This document shows positions 53,057 through 61,351 of a stretch of 64,000 nt of DNA, in pieces. The stretch's first letter is position 1, and each line of letters opens with the position of its first letter. Made by a program: the position numbers and the translations under genes. The notes beneath the pieces are model-generated. The model was given only the letters and a program-made list of their open reading frames with translations, was not told the DNA's origin and did no database searches. Source of the DNA: Myxococcota bacterium. Its GTDB lineage: Bacteria > Myxococcota_A > UBA9160 > UBA6930. Location: assembly GCA_036560185.1 (NCBI GenBank), contig DATBRS010000247.1:6049-70048 (forward strand), written 5' to 3'.

Positions 53057-54205
53057 GTGAGAACCCTGCGAGACCATGCGATCTACCCGTACTACCGGGT
53101 CGTCTCGTCGGGCCAAGACCCGGTCGTCCTCATGAACGGACGCCCAGTCGTGATGCTGGGCTCGAACAACTACCTCGGGCTATCGAGCCATCCCGAGGTG
53201 AAGGCCGCCGCCGCCGCGGCGCTCGACAAATACGGGACCGGCTGCGCCGGGTCGCGGCTGCTGAACGGCACCCTCGACATCCACGTGGAGCTCGAGGATC
53301 GCCTCGCGCGCTTCATGCGGCGCGAGGCCGTGATCACGTTCGCGACCGGCTATCAGGCGAACGTCGGCGCGCTCTCGACGCTGCTCGGGCGGCACGACGA
53401 GGTGTTCCTCGACAACCTCGATCACGCCTCCCTGCTCGACGGCATCCGGCTCGGCTTCGCGAAGGACCGCAAGTTCCGGCACAACGACATCGCGGACCTC
53501 GAGAAGAAGCTGAGCGCGGCGCCGAAGGACTCGGGCAAGCTGATCGTCGTCGACGGCGTCTACTCGATGGAAGGAGACCTCGGCGACCTGCCCGGAGTGT
53601 GCGCCGCGGCCAAGAAGTACGGCGCGCGCGTGATGGTCGACGAGGCCCACGGCATCGGCGTGATGGGCACGAACGGCCGCGGCGCGTGCGAGCACTTCGG
53701 CGTCGAGTCCTCCGTCGACCTCGTGATGGGGACCTTCTCGAAGTCGCTGGCGTCCGTCGGCGGGTTCATCGCGGGGAGCCGCTTGGTGGTCGACTACATC
53801 AAGCACACCGCGCGCTCGGCGATCTTCTCCGCCGCGCCCGCTCCGCCGGTGATCGGCGCGGTGATCAAGGCGCTCGACATCCTCGAGCGCGAGCCGGAGC
53901 GGCGCAAAGCGCTCTGGGAGAACACCGACTACATGAACCGCGCGCTGACGTCGCTGGGCTTCGACATCGGCAAGCCTCAGTCGCCGGTGATCCCGATCAT
54001 GATCGGGCCCGACGAGATCGCGTACGAGATGGCGGTGCGGCTGCAGGACGAGGGCGTGTTCGCGAACCCCGTCGTGTCGCCGGCGGTGCCCCAAGGCAAC
54101 GCGATGATCCGCACCTCGTACATGGCGACGCACACGCGCGAGCACCTCGACACCGCGCTCGATGCGCTCGCCAGCGTCGGCCGTCAGCTCGGCGTGATTC
54201 GCTAG
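53057..54205 (+). CDS. spt: Serine palmitoyltransferase-like alpha-oxoamine synthase (PLP-dependent)
   Basis: It contains GTGCAGSRLLNGT (an SPT-type loop), RKFRHND, VDGVYSMEGD, VDEAHGIG, and the PLP-lysine block GTFSKSLASVGGF. Overall it is collinear with Sphingomonas SPT as I recall it. The conserved N-terminal segment TDLFDKVASYDR lies upstream of the first canonical start, so the true start may be CTG at 53018. Confidence 0.8.
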   Translation: MRTLRDHAIYPYYRVVSSGQDPVVLMNGRPVVMLGSNNYLGLSSHPEVKAAAAAALDKYGTGCAGSRLLNGTLDIHVELEDRLARFMRREAVITFATGYQANVGALSTLLGRHDEVFLDNLDHASLLDGIRLGFAKDRKFRHNDIADLEKKLSAAPKDSGKLIVVDGVYSMEGDLGDLPGVCAAAKKYGARVMVDEAHGIGVMGTNGRGACEHFGVESSVDLVMGTFSKSLASVGGFIAGSRLVVDYIKHTARSAIFSAAPAPPVIGAVIKALDILEREPERRKALWENTDYMNRALTSLGFDIGKPQSPVIPIMIGPDEIAYEMAVRLQDEGVFANPVVSPAVPQGNAMIRTSYMATHTREHLDTALDALASVGRQLGVIR

Positions 54206-54243
54206 GCGCGACCGCGGCGTGCGCCGGTCAGCCCGCATCCCGC

Positions 54244-54274
54244 GGAAGCAAAGGGGTCAGACCCCTTTGCTTCC
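54244..54274 (+). other. Perfect 13-bp stem-loop between the spt-like gene and the SDR gene
   Basis: GGAAGCAAAGGGG-tcaga-CCCCTTTGCTTCC lies in the 78-nt spacer. There is no flanking U-tract on either strand. Confidence 0.6.
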
Positions 54275-54283
54275 GGGCGCGCC

Positions 54284-55084
54284 GTGAGCGCGCGCGCCGT
54301 CCTCGTCACGGGCGCGTCGTCAGGCATCGGCGCCGCGGCGGCGGCGTTGCTCGCCGCGCGCGGCTTCCGCGTCTACGGCGCGAGCCGGAGCGCGCGCAGC
54401 GAGCGCGACGGCATGCGCTGGCTCGCGCTCGACGTGCGCGAGCCCGCCTCGGTAGAGCGCGCCGTCGCTCAGATCGTCGAGCGCGAGGGCGCGCTGTACG
54501 GCGCGGTCTGCAACGCCGGCATCGGCATCTTCGGCAGCGTCGAAGAGACGCCGATGGAGCGCGCCCGCGCGCAGTTCGAGACGAACGTCTTCGGCGTGCT
54601 GCACACGCTGCGCGCGGTGCTGCCGCCGATGCGCACGGCGCGCGCCGGCCGCATCGCGATCGTCGGCTCGCTCGCCGGCCGCGCGCCGATTCCGTTTCAG
54701 GCGCACTACTCCGCAACCAAGGGCGCCGTCGACGCGCTCGCTCTCTCGCTGCACAACGAGGTGCATGCGTTCGGCATCCACGTCGCGCTGATCGAGCCGG
54801 GCGACATCAACACGGGCTTCAACGACGCCACCGATTGGGGCGGCACCGCCGCGGCGAGCGCCTACGGCGCGGCAATCGTGAACGCGGAGCGCGTGATCCG
54901 CGAGTCGCTGCCGAGAGCGCCCGGGCCCGAAGTCGTGGCGCGCGCGATCGCGCACGCGCTCGAGGCTCGGCGGCCGCGCGTGCGCTACCCGGTCGGGCCC
55001 GATTCGAAGCTCGTGCCGCTCGGCAAGCGTCTGCTTCCCGAGCGCGCGGTGCTCGCGTTGATCCGCGACCACTTCGAGATGTGA
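54284..55084 (+). CDS. Classical SDR oxidoreductase (candidate 3-keto-sphingoid reductase by context)
   Basis: GTG start. It has TGASSGIG, NAG, and YSATKGAVDAL (YxxxK). It lies immediately downstream of the spt-like gene. Confidence 0.8.
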   Translation: MSARAVLVTGASSGIGAAAAALLAARGFRVYGASRSARSERDGMRWLALDVREPASVERAVAQIVEREGALYGAVCNAGIGIFGSVEETPMERARAQFETNVFGVLHTLRAVLPPMRTARAGRIAIVGSLAGRAPIPFQAHYSATKGAVDALALSLHNEVHAFGIHVALIEPGDINTGFNDATDWGGTAAASAYGAAIVNAERVIRESLPRAPGPEVVARAIAHALEARRPRVRYPVGPDSKLVPLGKRLLPERAVLALIRDHFEM

Positions 55085-55101
55085 GGCGCGCGGGACGCGC
55101 C
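55085..55101. terminator. Short GC hairpin between convergent genes
   Basis: GGCGCG-cggga-CGCGCC lies between the SDR stop (55084) and the PhyH stop (55104). This is weak evidence. Confidence 0.25.
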
Positions 55102-55103
55102 GA

Positions 55104-56393
55104 TCACGCCTCGCGGCGCAGGATCTTCTGCTTCTGCTGCTCGGTGAAGCGCAGCAGCCGCGCCATGTACTCGAGGCGCGCGTAATCCCGTCCCACGTGA
55201 TGGATCGTGTCGAAGGGATCGTCCTCGCCGAGCATCTCGCCGAGGCGCGGCGAGTTCCGGTGCAGCAGCTGCGGATCGACGCGCTTCGGCTCGAGGCTGC
55301 GCAGGATCCCGCGGTTGAAGTGCCAGTGCAGCGTCACGCGATCGCCGGGCTCGCTGCGATCGCCCTGCCAGTGCCAGAGGCCGTGCGTGAAGAACACGAC
55401 CGAGCCTTTGGGCATCTCGATCGGAACGCCGGGCGGATGCGCCTCGCCGGGCCGTGGCGAGCGCCGCAGGCGATGGCTGCCGGGAATCACCCAAGTCGGG
55501 CCGGACTCGACGCGCCAATCCTCGAGGGCCCACACGCCGACTCCCGTCAGCGCGAACTCCGGATGCGGCTCGGGCACGAGCGCGTAGTCGGTGTGGATCG
55601 GGATCGCGGTCTTGCCGGGGCCCTTGCGAATCGCGCTGAGCGAGCCGATCACGGCGCCGCGGCCGAGCGAGGCGTCGATCAGCGTGAGCAGCAGCGGGTG
55701 CTGCGCGAGCCGCTCGAACTCGCGGCCGTGGTAGAGCATCCACTGCAGCTGCGTTCCCGTTCCCCCTAATTGCTGGCTGCGATCGCTGCCGTGGGTGAGC
55801 AGCGCGCGCAGCGTCGCCGCCCGCAGCTCGTCCGCGAACTCGGGCGAGATCGCGCGCTCGAGCACCGCGTAGCCCTGCTCCTCCATGTCGCGAATCTTCT
55901 GCGCCACGCCCTGGCGCGCGGCGCGGTGCGCCAGATCGGGGTTCTCGACGGTGCGCCGCGCCATGTGGTCGTGCAGCATCGCGACCAGCTCGGCCGCTTG
56001 CGGGTCCGCGAATTGGCCGCGCGCGCGAACCGCGCCGGCGCCGAAGATCGCCGCGATCTCGCGCATCAGTGCGTCCATTGCGCCCGGCGCGAACACTCCC
56101 ACGAACTGCGCGGCCGTGAGCGCGGCCTGATAGTCGCCTTCGACCACGACGTCCGCGCGCTCGTCGAAGCCGCGCCGCAGCTCGATCTTCTCGCCGTCGT
56201 AGCGCGCGCTCCACGCGGCGACGTCGCCCGCCAGCTTCAAGTGCGGCGGCGCGTCGGTGAAGCGCTCGCTCAGCGAGAACGCGCGGCCCGCGAGCCGCTC
56301 CCTACGCGCCGCGACCTCGCGCACCAAGAACTCGCGCGCCTCCTCGAGCCAGGCGTCGGAGAGGAACTCGCAGTGATGCGGGAGCGTGATCAC
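55104..56393 (-). CDS. Phytanoyl-CoA dioxygenase (PhyH)-family Fe(II)/2-oxoglutarate oxygenase with an N-terminal SCP2-like domain
   Basis: GTG at 56393 with an AGGAAGGG SD. The C-terminal part reads IPIHTDY...WVIPGSHRL...GSVVFFTHGLWHWQG (the HxD...H facial triad pattern). The N-terminal ~150 aa (ADVVVEGDYQAALTAAQF...) look SCP2-like, tentatively. Confidence 0.7.
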   Translation of the reverse strand: MITLPHHCEFLSDAWLEEAREFLVREVAARRERLAGRAFSLSERFTDAPPHLKLAGDVAAWSARYDGEKIELRRGFDERADVVVEGDYQAALTAAQFVGVFAPGAMDALMREIAAIFGAGAVRARGQFADPQAAELVAMLHDHMARRTVENPDLAHRAARQGVAQKIRDMEEQGYAVLERAISPEFADELRAATLRALLTHGSDRSQQLGGTGTQLQWMLYHGREFERLAQHPLLLTLIDASLGRGAVIGSLSAIRKGPGKTAIPIHTDYALVPEPHPEFALTGVGVWALEDWRVESGPTWVIPGSHRLRRSPRPGEAHPPGVPIEMPKGSVVFFTHGLWHWQGDRSEPGDRVTLHWHFNRGILRSLEPKRVDPQLLHRNSPRLGEMLGEDDPFDTIHHVGRDYARLEYMARLLRFTEQQKQKILRREA

Positions 56394-56419
56394 TTGTGCC
56401 GCCCTTCCTGCCGCCCATG

Positions 56420-58801
56420 CTACTCGGCGTCCCACGCATAGCGGAGCTGAACGCCCCACGTGCGCGGCGGGGCGTACGTCGAGATCGTGCTGCCGCTGGT
56501 CGCGTTCGGGGCGTGGTTCGTCACGTAGTCCACGTCGCCGATGTTCTCGACGAAGGCCTGAAACGTCACGCCCGCGAGCCGGTCCTCGGGCAGGTTCCAG
56601 ATCAGGCGCAGATTCCCGATGTTGTACGGCGCTTGGCGCCCGAAGTCGTTGTTGAACACGGTGTGGAACTGCTCGGACGTGTACGCGTACTCGCCGCGGA
56701 ACGTGACGTCGCCCGCGCTCCCGGTCCCGAGCGTGTACTGACCCGCGAGCGTGAACTTCCACTCCGGCGCCCGCAGCAGCGCGTTGCCCCTGAGATCCTG
56801 CGGACCCAGCCCAGGGAAGATCGGGTCGACGTCCGCGTATTCCGTGAAGCGCGCATGGAGGATCGAAAGCGACGACTCGATGCGCAGCGGCTCGAGCGGG
56901 ACCCAGAGCGCCTCGACCTCGACTCCGTAGGTCTCGGCGGTCGCCGCGTTCGAGACGATCGCCGCGTTGTTCACGAATTTGCGAACCTGCAGATCCGTGT
57001 AGTCATTGAAGAACGTCGACACGTTGACCTGAAGCGTGTTCTCGAAGAGCTGGGTCTTCACGCCCGCCTCGTACGCGTTCACGTACTCGGGGTCGTAGGT
57101 GTTGTCACAGCTCCCCACGTTGTAGCCGCCCGCTTTGAAGCCGCGGGTGTACGTGGCGTACAGCAGCGTGCTCTCCGCGACGTCCATGTCGACCCCGAGC
57201 TTTCCGGTCGGCGAGCTCCACTCCTCCGTCGAGCGCTGGTCGCGGCAGCCGGCCGGAACGGGCGAGAGGTTGAGCACTTGAGAGTGCACGTCGACCTTCT
57301 GGTCCTTCGTCCAGCGGAAGCCGCCTGTCAGGCGGACGGCCTCCGTCACATGGAACGTCTGCTGGGTGAAGAGCGCCCACGAGGTCAAGTCCTGATCGAG
57401 GCTGAACTCGAGGAACGGCACCGGGCTCGGCGTCCCGTCGAGCTTCACGCCGGTGACCGGATTCGCGAAGGGCAGCAGTGCGAGGCTGCCGGGCGGCAGC
57501 GGGGGGCCGCCTCCGAAGATTCCGAAGATCGCCTCATAGGTCGCCTGCAGCGCAGGCAGCGTGTACCGGTACTCCTCGAAGATGTGCGAGTCGTAGTAGA
57601 AGAAGCCGAAGATCCAATCGAGTCGCTCGTCGAACGCGCTACCGCTGACGTCGATCTCCTGCGACCACTCCTCGTTCGACTGCTCGTAGTCGCCCACGAG
57701 CAACTGGATCGGGATGCCGTCGTTGTTGAATGGGTCGAGATCCTGGTCGAGGTCGAGGTAGGACGAGATCCACTTGACGGCAATGTCGTCCGTCGCGTTC
57801 CAGCTCACGGTCGCGTTCACGTCCCAGTTGTCGCGGTAGTAGTTCTGGTCTCCCTCGTAGTTGACCTTGCGCGGATTCCCGGTCGGGAAGCCAGGCGGCG
57901 ACAGTGTCAATCCGAAGACCTGCGTGCAGGTGAGCGTGGGATCGCACACGCCTGGGAAGTTGAGGATGCCGCCCGGATTGCTGCCGCTGATGAACAGCGG
58001 GGCGACGGGCGTGTCCGCGGTCTTGATGAACGGCGCGCCGCCGACCTCGCTGCGTAGCCAGTTGAAGCGGAGCGCGACCTCGAGGTCCTCCGTCGGCGTG
58101 AGGAGCGCCGCGAGCTTCGCTTGCCGATAGCGCGCGTCGTCTTCCTCGTTGCCGGTGTTCGTGTTCTTCGTGTACCCGCCTCGCGAGTCGTACGAGAAGC
58201 CACCGCGCAGCGCGAGGATGCCATCGATCAGCGGCACGTCGCCGAACGCCTCCGCGCGCCAGCGGCTGTAGTCGCCGTAGAGCGTGCTCACGTCCAAGCT
58301 GGGCCTCTCGCCCGGCAGCTTCGTGATCACGTTCAGGCTGCCGCCGGTGGAGTTGCGCCCGTACAAGGTGCCCTGCGGCCCGCGCAGCACCTCGACCCGC
58401 TCGGCGTCGAAGAACAGCGCCGAGGAAGAGACCAAGCCACCGCGGTAGACACCGTCCTGGTGCAGCGCGACGCCGGGCTCGGCGTCGATCGTGGAGATGT
58501 CGACGCCGATGCCACGCATCGTGATCTGTGCCATGTCGGCGATCTCGCCGTACACGAGCGCCGGCGCCACGAACTGGATGTCGTTGAAGTCCTCGAGGCC
58601 CTGTTCCTCGATCGCCTCGCTCGTGATCGCGGTGACGGCGATTGGCGTGTCCTGCAGGTTCGTCTCGCGCTTCTCCGCCGTGATCGTAATCTCTTCGATC
58701 CCGCCGCGATCCGGCGGCGGCGCAGGCGCGGCCTCCTGCGCGGCGCTGGCCCCCGCCAGCGCGACGGCCGCGGAGAGAGAAAAGGGAAGGAACTGGCGCA
58801 T
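56420..58801 (-). CDS. TonB-dependent outer-membrane receptor
   Basis: ATG at 58801 gives the signal peptide MRQFLPFSLSAAVALAGASAAQE. The plug region reads IEEITITAEKRETNLQDTPIAVTAI...VEVLRGPQGTLYGRNSTGG. A long beta-barrel follows. Confidence 0.85.
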   Translation of the reverse strand: MRQFLPFSLSAAVALAGASAAQEAAPAPPPDRGGIEEITITAEKRETNLQDTPIAVTAITSEAIEEQGLEDFNDIQFVAPALVYGEIADMAQITMRGIGVDISTIDAEPGVALHQDGVYRGGLVSSSALFFDAERVEVLRGPQGTLYGRNSTGGSLNVITKLPGERPSLDVSTLYGDYSRWRAEAFGDVPLIDGILALRGGFSYDSRGGYTKNTNTGNEEDDARYRQAKLAALLTPTEDLEVALRFNWLRSEVGGAPFIKTADTPVAPLFISGSNPGGILNFPGVCDPTLTCTQVFGLTLSPPGFPTGNPRKVNYEGDQNYYRDNWDVNATVSWNATDDIAVKWISSYLDLDQDLDPFNNDGIPIQLLVGDYEQSNEEWSQEIDVSGSAFDERLDWIFGFFYYDSHIFEEYRYTLPALQATYEAIFGIFGGGPPLPPGSLALLPFANPVTGVKLDGTPSPVPFLEFSLDQDLTSWALFTQQTFHVTEAVRLTGGFRWTKDQKVDVHSQVLNLSPVPAGCRDQRSTEEWSSPTGKLGVDMDVAESTLLYATYTRGFKAGGYNVGSCDNTYDPEYVNAYEAGVKTQLFENTLQVNVSTFFNDYTDLQVRKFVNNAAIVSNAATAETYGVEVEALWVPLEPLRIESSLSILHARFTEYADVDPIFPGLGPQDLRGNALLRAPEWKFTLAGQYTLGTGSAGDVTFRGEYAYTSEQFHTVFNNDFGRQAPYNIGNLRLIWNLPEDRLAGVTFQAFVENIGDVDYVTNHAPNATSGSTISTYAPPRTWGVQLRYAWDAE

Positions 58802-58962
58802 CGGGAGCTCCCTGGCTGAGCCGGCGAGTCTGTTCCGAGATTGCGCCGGAATCAACCCAAATCGCTGCGCAAGCTGAAGGCACGGGCTGCTCTGTGCGCA
58901 ATGTCGCAATGGAAGTTTGCGAGGGCCGGTATCGTCGCGGCTCGCTTCCGGAGGACGCACGC

Positions 58963-60111
58963 ATGGCCTACGAGATCAAGCGCTTCCCGTATCCGGGCAC
59001 GATCGACGCGGACGGACACATCCTCGAGCCGCCCGATCTGTGGGAGAACTATCTCGAGGCCAAGCACAAGCCGCGCGCACTGCGCATCCGCGTGGACGAC
59101 GAGGGCTACGAGTACCTCGAGATCGCCGGCAAACCGAGCGCGCGCTCGCGGCGCGGTGCGCTGGGGTTGTTAGGGGCGATGGGCGAGGAGGACATGACGC
59201 CGCGGCCGGATCGGCGCTACGCGGAGAACTTCCCGTATGGCGCGGCGGACGCGAAGCAGCGCGTCGACTTGCTCGACCGCGAGAACCTCGAGAAGGCGCT
59301 GCTCTACCCGACGCTCGGGCTGCTCTGGGAGTGCGAGCTCACGGATCCGGAGCTGAGCCTCGCCTACGTGCGCGCGTACAACCGCTGGATCGCGGACCTG
59401 TGCCGCGATTCCGGCGGACGCCTCGTCCCGATCGCGCAGCTCACGCTGCTCGACCCCGAGGGCTCGGCGGCGGAGCTCGAGCGCGCGGTGAAGGACGGCT
59501 GCCGCGGCGCCTGGGTGAATCCCTTCAATCACCTGCGCGTGCCGCACGGGCACGAGCGGCACGACGTGCTGTTCCGCCGCTGCGTCGAGCTCGACGTGCC
59601 GCTCGCGATCCATCCCACCTACACGCCGCTCGAAACGCAAGCGGGAAATTTCGACTGGCCGCCCCCGCGGCGCGGCATCGCCGATCTGATTCGGCTGCGC
59701 GGCCTCGTGCAGGAGGCGCTCTTCTCGTTCTTCGTGCTCGGCACCCTCGACCGCTTCCCGACGCTGCGGCTCGGGGTGCTCGAAGCGGGTTCGGGCTGGC
59801 TCGGCGCGATGCTCGATCGCGTCGAGGCGCTGCAATTCGCGATGGGGCGCGGCATCCCCGGCCGTCGCCCGACGCCGACCGAGTACTTCCGCCGGCAGTG
59901 CTTCATCTCGGGCGATCCCGACGAGACTGCGGCGCCGCTCACCTTCGACCATGTCGGCCCCGACGTGTTCATGTGGGCGACGGACTATCCCCACCCGGAT
60001 CATCCGCACACCTGGGTGCCCGACCTCGAGAATCTCGTCGCGCGGCTCTCGGCGGAGACGCGCGCGAAGGTGCTCGGCGGGAACGTGCGCCGCGTCTACA
60101 AGCTGAGCTGA
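58963..60111 (+). CDS. Amidohydrolase_2 (ACMSD/TIM-barrel metal-dependent hydrolase/decarboxylase) family protein
   Basis: ATG at 58963. It contains IDADGHILEP near the N-terminus, ...AIHPT..., and WATDYPHPD near the C-terminus. Confidence 0.75.
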   Translation: MAYEIKRFPYPGTIDADGHILEPPDLWENYLEAKHKPRALRIRVDDEGYEYLEIAGKPSARSRRGALGLLGAMGEEDMTPRPDRRYAENFPYGAADAKQRVDLLDRENLEKALLYPTLGLLWECELTDPELSLAYVRAYNRWIADLCRDSGGRLVPIAQLTLLDPEGSAAELERAVKDGCRGAWVNPFNHLRVPHGHERHDVLFRRCVELDVPLAIHPTYTPLETQAGNFDWPPPRRGIADLIRLRGLVQEALFSFFVLGTLDRFPTLRLGVLEAGSGWLGAMLDRVEALQFAMGRGIPGRRPTPTEYFRRQCFISGDPDETAAPLTFDHVGPDVFMWATDYPHPDHPHTWVPDLENLVARLSAETRAKVLGGNVRRVYKLS

Positions 60112-60133
60112 GCACGCGAACCGAGCGACTCCG

Positions 60134-61141
60134 ATGCCGCGCCGCCGCTACTGGACCATGCTGCCGCCTTCGCGCTCCGCGGCGAAGTACGCCCAGGCCG
60201 CGCGCGACGCCGAGGCGCGCGGGCTCGAGGGCGTGTTCTCGATCCAGCTCGGCTCGAATCCGTGGGTGCCGCTCGGAGCCGTCGCGGCGACGACGTCGCG
60301 CATTCGGCTCGCCACCGGCATCGCGCTCGCCTTCACGCGCTCGCCGCTCGAGACGGCGCTCGCCGCGCTCGATCTCGATCAGCTCAGCGAGGGCCGCTTC
60401 ACGCTCGGCCTCGGCACCGGCGTCGGCTGGATGCACGACGAGCAGTTCGGCAGCACCTACGCGCGGCCCGTCGCGCGCATGGCGGAGATCGTGCGCATCG
60501 TGAAGCTCGTGATCGGCGGCGATGCGCGGAGAGCTGGACGCTTCGGCGGCGAGTTCTTCCAGCTCGACTTCTCCCGGCTCGCACTCGCGAAGCCGCTGCG
60601 GCCGAATCTGCCGCTGTGGGTCGCGGCGCTGCGCGACCCGCTGGTGCGCGTCGCGGGCGCGCACGCCGACGGATTGATCGGGCATCCCTCGTGGTCGCTG
60701 CCCTGGGCCGAATCGCGCGTGCGCGGCCCCTTCGCCGAGGCACTGCGCGCCTCCGGCCGCGCGCGCGAGGCGGTCGAGGTGAATCTCTGGCAAGTGGTCG
60801 CGCCGAATCCCGACGCGCGCGAATCCGTGCGCGACGCGAAGGCGCACGTCGCGATCTACGCGTCGATCGCGCAGTACGAGAGCTACTTCGCCGCACACGG
60901 CTTCGGCGAGCAGGCCCGCGCGCTCGCGGCGGGCGCGGCCGCCGGCCGGCGCGATCTCGTCGAGCTCGTATCGGACGAGATGGCGCGCAGCTTCGTCGTG
61001 TGCGGCACACCCGGCGAAGTCGCCCAACAACTCGAGCCGCTCCACGAAATCGCCGACTCGCTCTGCCTGCAGCCTCCGCCGGTCGCGGGCGACGCGCGAC
61101 GCGCCTACGAGGCACGCATCGCGGAGACCTTCTACGCATGA
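60134..61141 (+). CDS. Luciferase-like monooxygenase (LLM) class, probably F420-dependent oxidoreductase
   Basis: 335 aa with the pattern RIRLATGIALAFTRSPLETALAALDLDQLSEGRFTLGLGTG. Confidence 0.7.
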   Translation: MPRRRYWTMLPPSRSAAKYAQAARDAEARGLEGVFSIQLGSNPWVPLGAVAATTSRIRLATGIALAFTRSPLETALAALDLDQLSEGRFTLGLGTGVGWMHDEQFGSTYARPVARMAEIVRIVKLVIGGDARRAGRFGGEFFQLDFSRLALAKPLRPNLPLWVAALRDPLVRVAGAHADGLIGHPSWSLPWAESRVRGPFAEALRASGRAREAVEVNLWQVVAPNPDARESVRDAKAHVAIYASIAQYESYFAAHGFGEQARALAAGAAAGRRDLVELVSDEMARSFVVCGTPGEVAQQLEPLHEIADSLCLQPPPVAGDARRAYEARIAETFYA

Positions 61142-61146
61142 TCCGC

Positions 61147-61168
61147 CGCGGTTGATCGAGCAACCGCG
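61147..61168 (+). terminator. Hairpin just after the LLM stop codon
   Basis: CGCGGTTG-atcgag-CAACCGCG is an 8-bp stem starting 6 nt after the stop. There is no clear U-tract. Confidence 0.3.
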
Positions 61169-61351
61169 CTGACGCGGACAGGCGGCGTGTGAGCGACCTC
61201 GATCCGCACCACCCCGACCCGCGCGACGAGCTACGCAAGCCGCGAGCGCCCAACCGTGTGAGGGCTCGATGCGTGCCGCGGCGCGCAGCGAGCCGGAGTC
61301 CCCGGAGGCGAGCGAAGCAACAGGAACTCCGAGCGCGCACCTCCCGCCCGC

